DNA of 64,000 nucleotides from an uncultured Candidatus Saccharibacteria bacterium (GTDB lineage Bacteria; Patescibacteriota; Saccharimonadia; CAILAD01; BJGX01): NCBI GenBank assembly GCA_964610335.1, contig CAZSVP010000001.1, positions 287,442 to 351,441 of the forward strand, read 5' to 3'. Shown piece by piece: positions 10,304 to 20,345 of this stretch (position 1 is its first letter; each line of letters starts with the position of its first letter). The notes under the pieces were generated by a model. It saw only the letters and a program-made list of their open reading frames with translations, ran no database searches and was not told where the DNA came from. The position numbers and the translations under genes were made by a program.

Positions 10304-11392
10304 TTAGCTATTGTGGCGAAATACACAGATATCGCCGTCTTGCATGACATAGTCTTTGCCCTCAAGTCGTACTTTGCCTGAACTTTGAGCACCAGTCCAG
10401 CCGTTGCCAGCTACAAAATCGTCGTAGCTTACTACCTCGGCTTTGATAAATCCTTTTTCAAAGTCACCGTGGATCACCCCAGCTGCATGTGGAGCTGTTG
10501 CGCCTTGTTGTACAGTCCAAGCACGAGATTCTTTTTCGCCACTTGTGAAAAAGCTCATATAGCCTAATGTCTCGTAGCTCAACCTTATTAGTGTGTCGAG
10601 GCCTGGCTCATTTTGGCCAAGACTTTGCAGCAGCTCACGTGCATCCTTCTCATCAAGGTCTTGCAGTTGGGATTCCGTCTCCGCTGACAAAAACAAAGCA
10701 GGGGACGGTGTTACAAGCTCAGTGAGCTCTGATTTCTTAGCATCATCGCTCAGCTCGCTTTCATCAATATTAAATACATATATAAACCGTTTGGCGGTAA
10801 GTAGCTGTAGGTCAGCAATGCTCTCAGGAAGCTCATCATAAGTCTCTGAAATCAACTTACCTTGATTGAGCAATCCAACGATTTCTTGTAAATCAGCAAC
10901 AATACTCCCAACTTTTGGGTTCGCCTTGAGCTCTTTTTGGAGTGCCTCAAGTCGTTTGGTTAGTGTAGCTATGTCTGCCAAACAAAGCTCTGTACGAATG
11001 GTCTCGATATCACTTGCCGGGTCTACGCGTCCTTCTACATGTACGATATCGTCGTTGTGAAAGGCGCGTACTACCTGAACTATAGCGTTACATTCTCGGA
11101 TGTGACTCAAGAACTTATTGCCAAGTCCTTCACCTTGCGAAGCGCCACGCACAATTCCAGCGATGTCTACAAATGTACAAGCAGCAGGTACTACTTGGGC
11201 AGACTTGGATATCTCACCAAGCTTGGTAAGCCGCTCATCTGGCACATTAACAATCCCCACATTGGGCTCAATGGTAGCAAATGGGTAGTTGGCGGCTAGT
11301 ACTTGGTTTTTGGTGAGGGCATTGAATAGGGTTGATTTGCCGACATTTGGCAGCCCCACAATGCCTATAGATAGTGAACTCATAAGTGACAA
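10304..11392 (-). CDS. ychF: Ribosome-binding ATPase YchF (Obg-family GTPase)
   Basis: G1 motif GIVGLPNVGKSTLFNAL, NVPD…, and a C-terminal TGS domain. 362 aa. Confidence 0.9.
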   Translation of the reverse strand: MSLMSSLSIGIVGLPNVGKSTLFNALTKNQVLAANYPFATIEPNVGIVNVPDERLTKLGEISKSAQVVPAACTFVDIAGIVRGASQGEGLGNKFLSHIRECNAIVQVVRAFHNDDIVHVEGRVDPASDIETIRTELCLADIATLTKRLEALQKELKANPKVGSIVADLQEIVGLLNQGKLISETYDELPESIADLQLLTAKRFIYVFNIDESELSDDAKKSELTELVTPSPALFLSAETESQLQDLDEKDARELLQSLGQNEPGLDTLIRLSYETLGYMSFFTSGEKESRAWTVQQGATAPHAAGVIHGDFEKGFIKAEVVSYDDFVAGNGWTGAQSSGKVRLEGKDYVMQDGDICVFRHNS

Positions 11393-11508
11393 TTATATCA
11401 GAAATAGTAGCAAACTAACAGATACGAACTATTTACATCCCTTGGTTAATATTGTAGAATATTGGTCTCCTAGTTCTTCTATGTATCTCAACCTTGGAAG
11501 GGGGCGCT

Positions 11509-12165
11509 ATGAGGAGAGCGCTTGTGGTAATTGGTGTGGTCATACTGGCATCAGTGACATGTATGGCAGTAGTTGGTGCTCAGGATTCGTCGTCTGCCGA
11601 CACTGATCCTGACGTACCGGAAGGCTGCTTCGTAACATCACATGTCTACGAAGGTGATCAGTTCGGTGACATCTTCGCTGTGACGGTGGAGTTCTACGAC
11701 ACACAGCCGCCGCCGTACGACGTGCATGTGGTAGTCACAGCCCAGCCTGGCTACTGGCTCATGAAGGTCAAGGGAGGTTGGATTGGGCCGAATGGTGTCG
11801 AAGGTGTGGATTGGACAAACCCCGACGGGTTGGCCAATCGCAGCTACGAGTTCGATGCCTATGGCGGTGGAATTGGCATCCGCGGCATTGCCTGCTCGTA
11901 CCCATGCCTCGCCACACCACCAACTCTGCCTGGCACACCCGGCACCAGCTTGCCTGAGCCACCGTGCTATGTGCCACCAACCACGAAGCTCGAAGCAGGG
12001 CAGCCACCATTGCCACTGATGTGCCCAGAAGGAGGCGAAGTACAGCCCGGCCCAGATGGGCCGTATTGCCAGATGCCTCAGGCGGTCAGTGTCACAAGTT
12101 CTACCGAGACGGGGGTGAGTGAGCCCGCACATGCTGTGCAGGCAACTCCACAATTCACCGGTTAG
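11509..12165 (+). CDS. Secreted hypothetical protein, high-GC (putative horizontally acquired)
   Basis: Signal peptide MRRALVVIGVVILASVTCMAVVGAQD, a Pro/Gly-rich C-terminal half, and RBS ggaaggggg. GC is far above the neighbours. An AT-rich host-like promoter lies upstream. Confidence 0.4.
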   Translation: MRRALVVIGVVILASVTCMAVVGAQDSSSADTDPDVPEGCFVTSHVYEGDQFGDIFAVTVEFYDTQPPPYDVHVVVTAQPGYWLMKVKGGWIGPNGVEGVDWTNPDGLANRSYEFDAYGGGIGIRGIACSYPCLATPPTLPGTPGTSLPEPPCYVPPTTKLEAGQPPLPLMCPEGGEVQPGPDGPYCQMPQAVSVTSSTETGVSEPAHAVQATPQFTG

Positions 12166-12186
12166 CGATCTACCAATTGCTAGCCG

Positions 12187-12224
12187 GACGGGACAGGTCA
12201 TTGCGACCTGTCCCGTCTTCGTTT
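12187..12224 (+). terminator. GC-rich hairpin (gacgggacaggtc-attgc-gacctgtcccgtc) followed by TTCGTTT
   Basis: 13-bp perfect stem directly after the stop of the high-GC secreted-protein gene. Confidence 0.4.
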
Positions 12225-12300
12225 AAGCAAAGTCATGAGTGTCGCCAAATTAGAGATGTTGTTTGATCTCTACAATTCGTTATAATAGATCATAAGAATT

Positions 12301-12642
12301 ATGGTAAAAAATGTACAGACGACTCAAATTGTAGATGGCGGAGACTTAGGTTTTAAAGAAGACAAGCCGAAGGTTCTTGGCAGATCTGCAAAAGAAAAGC
12401 AGCACAAGAGTAATCACAAAGCACTAAAAATATCTTTGGCTGCAGCAATTCTAATTCTAATTGCTCTTTTCGCTGCTTTGTTCCTACTTGCGCGCGCTGG
12501 ACGTAGTAGTTTAGTACCTGTTTATACGCCTCCAAAAGATCAAGTTATTCGTCAACAAGGCGAGGAAGTTACTCCAGAACCGGAAGATTTGGAAAACGGT
12601 GCCCAACGTTCGCAGCCAATACCAAGTACGGGAGGTCGATGA
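12301..12642 (+). CDS. Small single-pass membrane protein
   Basis: 113 aa with a basic N-terminus, one TM (ISLAAAILILIALFAALFLLA) and a Pro/Glu-rich tail. Stop overlaps the start of the next gene (ATGA). Confidence 0.4.
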   Translation: MVKNVQTTQIVDGGDLGFKEDKPKVLGRSAKEKQHKSNHKALKISLAAAILILIALFAALFLLARAGRSSLVPVYTPPKDQVIRQQGEEVTPEPEDLENGAQRSQPIPSTGGR

Positions 12643-14888
12643 GTAAGATTGTTAGTTATCTCTTGCGGCTTTCAGCTATCGTATTTGGAGTTGTGAGTAT
12701 TTTATTACTCATTGCACCAAAGGCAAGTGCCAATGAGTTCACACAAACTGGAACATATATGAACTCACCTTATAGCTACTGTGATACACAGCATACATAC
12801 TACGACCTATATTCTCCTGGTGGAAATATCACAATCACACAAGGCACGCCAAGCCGTACTATTACTTTTTACGGTAAGGTGCATGCCTGTAGCACATTAA
12901 GCTATGAGTGGGCATTATGGCCACATATTAATTTCTATAATGTAAACTCTAGATTATCTGGGCTTTCTACTAACTTGGATATGGGTGAGCCTACGCTTTA
13001 TGGGTTAGGGTCTCGGCGTGGCAATATCTATACTGTTGCCAGAAATGTTACTGTAGATACATCGGGGCTTGGGCCTGGTGTACATAACATTTGTTTTAAT
13101 TGGCGTGGGTGGGGTTATCATGGCTTTTGGGACCACACTATTGAAGTGACCTACTGCGTGTCTGTTACTGTAAATGCTCCTCCGCCTCCTCAAAGCGGCA
13201 ATATGCAGATAACCATGTATGGCCCCAATAACGGATCGCGTATCTTTAATGCTGGATATATTTGGCCAGGCGGGCTCTGGCCAGGAAATGATAGATTCAA
13301 TATGTGTATGGCTTACTTTGGGAAAATAGCAAACTCGTGTACTGGTGGGCACGTGCAGTCTCCAAATGTGTCTTTAAGCCCAGCAACATACACTGTTTAT
13401 AGGGATAACAATATTGACACTGACGGCTGGTATATCAACTATGTTCAGAGGGCACAGAATGGTCCAATAGTGCCAGATAGTGGCTTTGATCGATATGCTT
13501 TTGCTGTTGCAAACAATCAACAGGTCTATGCTGACGTACATCTTGAGAAGTATGCATCGCAATGTCGGGACACAACATTTTCTGTGGCCAAGCCTAAGCC
13601 AGGTGAAGAGTTTACAGCAACATTTAATATGCAAAATCCAGGTGGTATTACCAACTGGTCTCATGGCGCTGGTGTCAGGATGAAAGTTTTTATACCAAGC
13701 CAATTTGAGATTTTAACAGCACCTGCTGGCGCATACGATGATCCACCAGAGGTGGGGCTGGAGGGTTTCTTGGGTAACAAGATACACTTACAGATATTTT
13801 ATCCTGGCAATGTTGCTAGTGGCAGTACCTTCACTAGGACATTGAGATTGAAGGTCAAGGATACTGCACCACCTGGAAGTATTGCTAAATTCCCTCGATC
13901 CATGATATTCCCACCTAAATCCCCAGCAGCCAATCCCTATGGTTCTCCATTTAACCCAGGGTGTGACTCTCAAATTGAGATTGGCACACCAGTTTTTTAC
14001 CCTTGGCTACAAACCAAGTATGGCGATGTCAGTGCTGCCGACTTTGTATCTGGGCAGAAATACAACCAGCCTGGGTCACGAGAGGCAACTTCGAGTGAGA
14101 AAGAGGCGACCAATGTGATCATGGCAACAGCAGCTGACCAGCAGTTTTGTAGTGTCAATCTATATGCATTGGGCACAAATCCTAAAGTTCAGCGTGAACA
14201 GTGTCGGAATGGACGTTACGCCGAGGATCAGAGATTTGGTGATATAGACACTGCAATCAATAATGCGTGGAATCAGAATGGAGCGGGTTCCTCTCCAGGG
14301 TGCAATCCGCGCTATGGCACACAGAAACTAACTGGATCAACCAAGGTAGGGGCCAATCTCAGCTCATGTGCCAATGGTACGATCTATCAGGTCAATGGTG
14401 GGGCAAGTCTATCAAGCTTGTTGGCTGGACAACCGAGTCAGGGGAGAGCCACCATCTGGGTGAAGGGTAACTTAACAGTTGATCGAACAGTGATTTACAA
14501 TTATGCCGCAAGCTATGCCAAACCCGAGGACATACCAAACCTAGCAATCTATGTGGAGGGCGACGTGATAATCCAATCCTCATACGATCAGCTTGATGCT
14601 GCCATCATTAGTACTGGCAAAATCAAGACCTGCGGAAGCGATTATTCCACCACAGCATCAGCACCCACATGTGGGTCGCAATTGGTCGTCCACGGCTACT
14701 TATTTGCCAATGGCGGTTACCAATTCGGCCGTAATTATTATGTAGAAACCAGCCCAAATACCAATCCGGCCGAGAAGATAGTACTTACTGGCCAATCCAT
14801 AGCGTTTCCACCGCCAGGGCTAGATAAGGCATCACTAGGTAACAACGACCTCAAAATTACCGAAGAAGACAATCCACGCGTAAAATAA
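12639..14888 (+). CDS. Large secreted/surface protein of unknown function, directly upstream of pilM
   Basis: 749 aa with a signal peptide (…LLLIAPKASANEF). Rich in G/N/T/Y/W/C, with no recognisable catalytic motifs. Translationally coupled to the upstream membrane protein. Confidence 0.55.
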   Translation: MSKIVSYLLRLSAIVFGVVSILLLIAPKASANEFTQTGTYMNSPYSYCDTQHTYYDLYSPGGNITITQGTPSRTITFYGKVHACSTLSYEWALWPHINFYNVNSRLSGLSTNLDMGEPTLYGLGSRRGNIYTVARNVTVDTSGLGPGVHNICFNWRGWGYHGFWDHTIEVTYCVSVTVNAPPPPQSGNMQITMYGPNNGSRIFNAGYIWPGGLWPGNDRFNMCMAYFGKIANSCTGGHVQSPNVSLSPATYTVYRDNNIDTDGWYINYVQRAQNGPIVPDSGFDRYAFAVANNQQVYADVHLEKYASQCRDTTFSVAKPKPGEEFTATFNMQNPGGITNWSHGAGVRMKVFIPSQFEILTAPAGAYDDPPEVGLEGFLGNKIHLQIFYPGNVASGSTFTRTLRLKVKDTAPPGSIAKFPRSMIFPPKSPAANPYGSPFNPGCDSQIEIGTPVFYPWLQTKYGDVSAADFVSGQKYNQPGSREATSSEKEATNVIMATAADQQFCSVNLYALGTNPKVQREQCRNGRYAEDQRFGDIDTAINNAWNQNGAGSSPGCNPRYGTQKLTGSTKVGANLSSCANGTIYQVNGGASLSSLLAGQPSQGRATIWVKGNLTVDRTVIYNYAASYAKPEDIPNLAIYVEGDVIIQSSYDQLDAAIISTGKIKTCGSDYSTTASAPTCGSQLVVHGYLFANGGYQFGRNYYVETSPNTNPAEKIVLTGQSIAFPPPGLDKASLGNNDLKITEEDNPRVK

Positions 14889-14924
14889 CTACGCAGCGTA
14901 AAACGCTTATGTTAAAATATACCT

Positions 14925-15968
14925 ATGCGTCTTTTCGATCAAGAAGACAACTATTTTGGTCTTGATCTTGGTAGTAATGCCATCAAGCTAGCCCAGGTGC
15001 GCGAGCTACATGGTAGTCCGAGCCTTATTACCTATGGTGATATTGAGACTCCGGCGAATATGCTGAGCTCAGATTCAGAGATAGACCAAAATCGACTGTC
15101 TGATCTTATAAAACAACTAGCCGAGGATGCTCGGGTTACTAGTAAGAATGTTGTAGCTGGTCTACCGGCTAGTTCTACCTATACTTCAGTTATCAAGGTA
15201 CCCAAACTCAAAGACGAAGAGCTGGCCCAGAGCATACGCTTTCAAGCTGACAAGTACATCCCTATGGCAATCGATCAGGTCAAGCTTGATTGGATAGTAG
15301 TAGGTGAGGACGCCGAGAACGATGAGCAAGAGGTGTTACTCGTAGCTGCGCCTATTAGTACTGCTACCAAATACCTCAACATCATTCAAAAGGCAGGCTT
15401 TGAACTCTTAGCTCTCGAGATCAATCCCTTGGCTCAAGCGCGTTCGTTGGTAAGTAGCAAGAGTCCTGATAGTTGTGTAGTGATCTTGGATATGGGCGTC
15501 AACAATACTGACCTCTCAGTAATCGACAAGGGTGTGCCTCGCTTGGTGCGCTCTGTCTCAGTTGGTTCACGTTCATTTCGTCGAATGATCAGCCAGAACC
15601 TTGGCCTGGATGATACACAAGCTGACCAATTTATGAAGAAGTTTGGCATGATGGAAGGCAAACTCGACAATCAAGTAATAAGTAGTATGAAGCCTCTTGT
15701 TGATAACCTAATAGAAGAGACCAAGAAGTCAATTAGCTTCTATCAAGAGAAGAACAAGGATCGCAATGTTGAGAAGGTAATTATCACTGGTGGCACATCT
15801 GCACTGCCGGAGCTACCAATGTATTTGGCCAATAACATAGGTGTTACGGTTGAGATTGGTAATCCATGGCAGAATGTCAGCTATCCTGCTGAGATCCAGC
15901 AACAGCTGTCTGGATTAGCACTCAACTACGCTACCGCGTTAGGTTTGGCATTGAGGAACTTCGTATGA
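14925..15968 (+). CDS. pilM: Type IV pilus assembly protein PilM (actin-like ATPase)
   Basis: 347 aa. N-terminus FGLDLGSNAIKLAQV and an actin-like fold. First gene of the pilMNO operon. Confidence 0.85.
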   Translation: MRLFDQEDNYFGLDLGSNAIKLAQVRELHGSPSLITYGDIETPANMLSSDSEIDQNRLSDLIKQLAEDARVTSKNVVAGLPASSTYTSVIKVPKLKDEELAQSIRFQADKYIPMAIDQVKLDWIVVGEDAENDEQEVLLVAAPISTATKYLNIIQKAGFELLALEINPLAQARSLVSSKSPDSCVVILDMGVNNTDLSVIDKGVPRLVRSVSVGSRSFRRMISQNLGLDDTQADQFMKKFGMMEGKLDNQVISSMKPLVDNLIEETKKSISFYQEKNKDRNVEKVIITGGTSALPELPMYLANNIGVTVEIGNPWQNVSYPAEIQQQLSGLALNYATALGLALRNFV

Positions 15969-16567
15969 GCGTCCGTGTCAATCTGTTGCCAGAAGCCAGG
16001 ATGCATACTCTAGAGCTGAGGGCTCGTAAGCGTTTGTTTACAACCATTACAACCATTATGGCAGTGGTGGCTGGTACTATATTAGTAACATTACTGCTGT
16101 TACTTGGGTACACTTATTCTCAACAGCGCATAAATGCCGGGAGAATAGTAAGTCTCACCAGTGATATCGAAAAGCAGCGCGATCTTGAGCAAAATGCCTC
16201 AACATTGCAGGAGCACCTAACAAGCTTTGGTACTCTCCAAGCAAGTCGGCTTTATGTCTCAGAAATATTTACCAATGTAGGTAATACCATTCCCAATGGC
16301 GTAAAGATTACCAATTTTCAGATCTCTTCGGATAATCTTGTTACTGTTACAGGTACTGCACAATCAATAGCACAAGTAAGTACGTTTTCTAAGGCTTTGG
16401 AAGACTACAACGTTGACTTCAAACCCCAACCAGGTTTTGATCGTAAGCCATTCTTCACCACGGTCAATATCACTACTGTGAGCAAAGACGTCACAACCGG
16501 TGAGGTTAAGTTCACCATGACATTCCAGGCTGATCCATCAGTATTTAATAAGGCCCCAAGTAGTTAG
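15965..16567 (+). CDS. pilN: Type IV pilus assembly protein PilN
   Basis: Begins VNLLPEARMHTLELRARKR followed by a TM segment, the canonical PilN N-terminus. Overlaps the pilM stop. Confidence 0.7.
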   Translation: MSVRVNLLPEARMHTLELRARKRLFTTITTIMAVVAGTILVTLLLLLGYTYSQQRINAGRIVSLTSDIEKQRDLEQNASTLQEHLTSFGTLQASRLYVSEIFTNVGNTIPNGVKITNFQISSDNLVTVTGTAQSIAQVSTFSKALEDYNVDFKPQPGFDRKPFFTTVNITTVSKDVTTGEVKFTMTFQADPSVFNKAPSS

Positions 16568-16570
16568 ACC

Positions 16571-17239
16571 ATGGCAGATAAAACATCCAAAACTAAATCG
16601 AAGCCTGAGAAGGTGGTTTTGCATACTGAGTCTTCGGAAAAGGAAGAGCTCAAGACTCGCAACTATATAATCATACTTGTAGTAGTGATGGTATTGATTG
16701 TGCTAGCGGGCGGATTCTTAACCTATTACTTGGCTACTAGGTATTCGCATGAGGCTAACAAGCTTAAGGCTCAGGACGAACAGATAGTATTACTAGAGAA
16801 GAAACAGAAAGATCTTGAAGCACTTAAACCAAACTACGAGGCTATAGTTGCTCCAGGCCCAAATGGGGTGAGTGATGCACAACTCATACTCAATGCTTTG
16901 CCCATTACAACAGATTTCAAGGGCCTGATAGCTATGCTTGAAAAGATGGGTCAACAAAGTGGTGTCAAGATAATAAATGCTAGTCAGAGTACTCAAGGTT
17001 CGACCGAAACCAAAAGTAGCGGCAATGCACAGACGTTAGGTTTTAGCGTGGAGGTTGAGGGCTCATATCAAGGTTTGATTGATTTCTTGAAGAAAACAGA
17101 ACAAAGTTCGCGTGTAATCAACTTTTCAAGCATGGCGCTTACCAGCAATGAGGGGCAACCCATCCAAGCCAACCTAACAATGAATACCTACTGGCAGCCA
17201 CCAGCTGATATAAGCCCTACTACGAGGCCACTCCAATGA
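16571..17239 (+). CDS. pilO: Type IV pilus assembly protein PilO-like
   Basis: Bitopic protein with a coiled-coil after the TM. In the pilO position of the pilMNO operon. Confidence 0.55.
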   Translation: MADKTSKTKSKPEKVVLHTESSEKEELKTRNYIIILVVVMVLIVLAGGFLTYYLATRYSHEANKLKAQDEQIVLLEKKQKDLEALKPNYEAIVAPGPNGVSDAQLILNALPITTDFKGLIAMLEKMGQQSGVKIINASQSTQGSTETKSSGNAQTLGFSVEVEGSYQGLIDFLKKTEQSSRVINFSSMALTSNEGQPIQANLTMNTYWQPPADISPTTRPLQ

Positions 17240-17475
17240 AAAAACGTGACATAACATTGCTAATTGTAGCAGTGATAATCTTCATTATTACATTGGGGCT
17301 TATTTATCGCTATATAGTACCACCACCCAAGGATTCTGGTATCACAGTGATAGTGCCACATCCGGTAAGCCCAACTTTCAACCAGCAAGATCTCGATACT
17401 CTCAAGACCAAAACAGTCGACTTCTCGGCCGATATTACACCCAAAGACGCTGGCAATAAACCAATCATACAGTAG
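17236..17475 (+). CDS. Small membrane-anchored protein in the pilus operon (PilP-like position)
   Basis: 79 aa with an N-terminal TM (ITLLIVAVIIFIITLGLIY). Overlaps the pilO stop. Confidence 0.35.
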   Translation: MKKRDITLLIVAVIIFIITLGLIYRYIVPPPKDSGITVIVPHPVSPTFNQQDLDTLKTKTVDFSADITPKDAGNKPIIQ

Positions 17476-17484
17476 GCTAATACT

Positions 17485-19266
17485 ATGTTGTCACAAGCTT
17501 CTGAGCAGAAAATTGAGCGCTTACTGGTCAGCTCCAATCATATAACCCAAGATCAGTTGGGTGAGCTTAAGATAGAGGCCGCCAAGCTCAACAAGTCACT
17601 AATCCAATTGGTAGTGGATCGTAAGATAATAAGCTCGGTAGAAGCCACTAAGATGCTGGCCGAGGCCAGTGGGCTTCGGTTTATGGATCTAAGTAATAAG
17701 TCTATTGGTGACGATGTGTTGAGCATTATCCCGCGTGATGTAGCTGAGAGCAACAAGGCTATAGCCTTTGCCATGAAAGAGGGGCGTTTGGAGGTGGCTA
17801 TGGTAGATCCTGAGAACCTTCAGGCGATTGACTTCTTGTCACGTAAGACAGGCTACCAGATAGAGCCATACCTAGCCGATCCAGAACAAATTCAAGGGTG
17901 GATTAATCGTATTAGTGGTGATATCAATGTTGAGGTTTCTGAAGCACTCAATGAGGGTGAACCTGCTGCACAAGCCAAGACCCAAGCCTTGGAGAAAAAG
18001 GATGCGAAACAGGTTGAAACAATTGTGCAAGATGCCCCCATCACTAGAGCGCTCAACACAATCTTGGAGTATGCCGCTCAATCTCACGCTTCAGATGTTC
18101 ATATTGAGCCACGTGAGAAGGAAGTCAAGATCCGCTATCGCATCGATGGAATATTACGTGAGGTTATGAGTTTACCCAAGAGCACAGAGGCTGCTTTAGT
18201 AACTCGCATAAAGATTTTATCCAACCTCAAGATTGACGAGCATCGCATACCACAAGATGGGCAAGCAAAATTTGTGTTCAATGGTAAGGAGATTGATTTG
18301 CGTATCAATATTGCGCCCATAAGCTATGGTGAACAGGTAGTGATAAGATTGTTGGATAAGACAGATTCACTTATCAAACTTGCTGGGCTAGGTTTTCGCG
18401 GTCGGGCGGCTAGCCTGGTGCTTCGTGGTATCAACAAACCGCATGGTATGGTTTTGTCTACGGGGCCAACTGGATCTGGTAAATCAACCACCCTCTATGC
18501 CATTATTCAGGAGATCATATCTCCAAAGATCAATATCGTGACACTCGAAGATCCGGTTGAGTACTCGGTGCCAGGAGTAAACCAGATGCAGGTCAACGCT
18601 GGCGTGGGCCTGACGTTTGCTACTGGTCTGCGCTCGATCTTGCGCCAAGACCCCAATGTAATTATGGTCGGTGAGATTCGCGATCATGAGACTGCTGATC
18701 TAGCTGTGCAGTCGTCACTGACGGGGCATCTGGTGTTATCGACTTTGCATACCAATTCGGCGGCTGGGGTGCTACCACGTTTACTAGACATGAAGATCGA
18801 ACCATATCTGATAGCGTCGACTGTCAATACAGTAATTGGCCAACGCTTGGTTCGTACAGTGTGTAACAAATGCCGTAAACCATATCAAGCCAGTGCGGCG
18901 GCGGTACAGCTCATCAACAAAGTATTGGGTAGTGTGTTGCCCAAGTCAGAAACCGAAGTCGCCTCAAAAGCCAAGGAGCTTGGCTATGAACATTTGCCAG
19001 TCCTTAGCCAAAACGCTTATACTTTGTACAAGGGGGAGGGCTGCGATGAATGCCAAGATGGCTACCAAGGACGAATTGGAATATTTGAAGTGTTTGAGAT
19101 CAACCCTGCCATTGAGAAGCTGTTGCTAGATCGCGCTACCAGCACAGCCATCCAAAAGCAGGCCTGTGCCGATGGTATGCTCACTATGCAACAAGATGGT
19201 TTGCTCAAAGCACTGAGTGGTATGACTACGCTCGAAGAAGTAGCTCGCGTAGCTAGTGATTATTAA
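17485..19266 (+). CDS. pilB: Type IV pilus assembly ATPase PilB (GspE family)
   Basis: 593 aa. N1/N2 domains, Walker A GPTGSGKSTTLYA, and a tetracysteine motif (CNKC…CDEC). Confidence 0.9.
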   Translation: MLSQASEQKIERLLVSSNHITQDQLGELKIEAAKLNKSLIQLVVDRKIISSVEATKMLAEASGLRFMDLSNKSIGDDVLSIIPRDVAESNKAIAFAMKEGRLEVAMVDPENLQAIDFLSRKTGYQIEPYLADPEQIQGWINRISGDINVEVSEALNEGEPAAQAKTQALEKKDAKQVETIVQDAPITRALNTILEYAAQSHASDVHIEPREKEVKIRYRIDGILREVMSLPKSTEAALVTRIKILSNLKIDEHRIPQDGQAKFVFNGKEIDLRINIAPISYGEQVVIRLLDKTDSLIKLAGLGFRGRAASLVLRGINKPHGMVLSTGPTGSGKSTTLYAIIQEIISPKINIVTLEDPVEYSVPGVNQMQVNAGVGLTFATGLRSILRQDPNVIMVGEIRDHETADLAVQSSLTGHLVLSTLHTNSAAGVLPRLLDMKIEPYLIASTVNTVIGQRLVRTVCNKCRKPYQASAAAVQLINKVLGSVLPKSETEVASKAKELGYEHLPVLSQNAYTLYKGEGCDECQDGYQGRIGIFEVFEINPAIEKLLLDRATSTAIQKQACADGMLTMQQDGLLKALSGMTTLEEVARVASDY

Positions 19267-19277
19267 TAAGGAGGATT

Positions 19278-20345
19278 ATGGCGACATCAGTACGAATAGA
19301 AACTTTGCTCGAAGAAGTCTTACGACGCGACGCTTCTGACCTCCATCTACAGGTTGGATTACCTCCTATATTGCGCATTGATGGCTATCTACGTAAGATC
19401 ACGGACATGCCAAATCTCACAGCTCAGAATGTCACCGACTTGGTCTATAGCATGATAGACGAAGACCAGCGAGCTCGCCTTGATACCGACAAAGAAATAG
19501 ATTTTTCATTTGCCTTTGGTGACCTGGGGCGATTTAGGGTCAATGCGTTTCATGAAAAGGGCGTACTAGCTGCCGCACTGCGACTGATACCTACCAAAAT
19601 CCGCACCTTGGCTCAACTGGGTATGCCCAAGGTGTTGGCAGATTTTACCAAGCTTCCGCATGGCTTAGTTCTCATGACTGGACCAACCGGATCAGGTAAA
19701 TCAACCACTCAGGCTGCCATGATCGACATGATCAACGAAAATCGCAGTGTTCACATCATTACCATCGAAGATCCGATCGAATACCAGCATATGCACAAGA
19801 AATCTATCGTGGTACAGCGTGAGCTACACTTTGATACTGACAGTTTTGGCACTGCGCTTCGCTCCGCCTTGCGTGAGGATCCAGATGTAGTATTGATCGG
19901 TGAGATGCGCGATCTCGAAACCATAGCTACGGCTATTACAGTTGCCGAGACAGGTCACTTGGTACTAGCCACATTACATACTAATAGTGCTGCTCAGTCA
20001 GTTGATCGTATGATCGACGTGTTTCCACCGCACCAACAGCAACAGATTCGGATCCAGCTAGCTAGTGTGATTCAAGGTATTGTAAGCCAGCGACTCATAC
20101 CGCTAGTAGGGGGTGGCAGAATTGCTGCTGCAGAGGTGATGGTAGCAACATCAGCCATTCGCAACATCATCCGTGAGGCTAAGACTCATCAGCTCGATGC
20201 CGCCATCCAAACAGGCGCTGACGTAGGTATGCAGTCGATGGATCGAGTATTGGTACAACTGGTGCATGAAGGCAAAGTTACATATGAAGATGCCAAGAGC
20301 TTTGTAATAGATCCAGATGAATTTGAACGCATACTACGCAAATGA
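19278..20345 (+). CDS. pilT: Twitching motility ATPase PilT
   Basis: 355 aa. Walker A GPTGSGKSTT, AIRNIIRE motif, PilT-length. Confidence 0.9.
   Translation: MATSVRIETLLEEVLRRDASDLHLQVGLPPILRIDGYLRKITDMPNLTAQNVTDLVYSMIDEDQRARLDTDKEIDFSFAFGDLGRFRVNAFHEKGVLAAALRLIPTKIRTLAQLGMPKVLADFTKLPHGLVLMTGPTGSGKSTTQAAMIDMINENRSVHIITIEDPIEYQHMHKKSIVVQRELHFDTDSFGTALRSALREDPDVVLIGEMRDLETIATAITVAETGHLVLATLHTNSAAQSVDRMIDVFPPHQQQQIRIQLASVIQGIVSQRLIPLVGGGRIAAAEVMVATSAIRNIIREAKTHQLDAAIQTGADVGMQSMDRVLVQLVHEGKVTYEDAKSFVIDPDEFERILRK

Noticed and set aside
11638-12201. 187-aa minus-strand ORF, plus 11768-12016 and 11783-12019 ORFs
   Set aside because: All overlap the high-GC secreted-protein gene. High-GC DNA yields long stop-free antisense frames. 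The + strand gene has the RBS, signal peptide and terminator.
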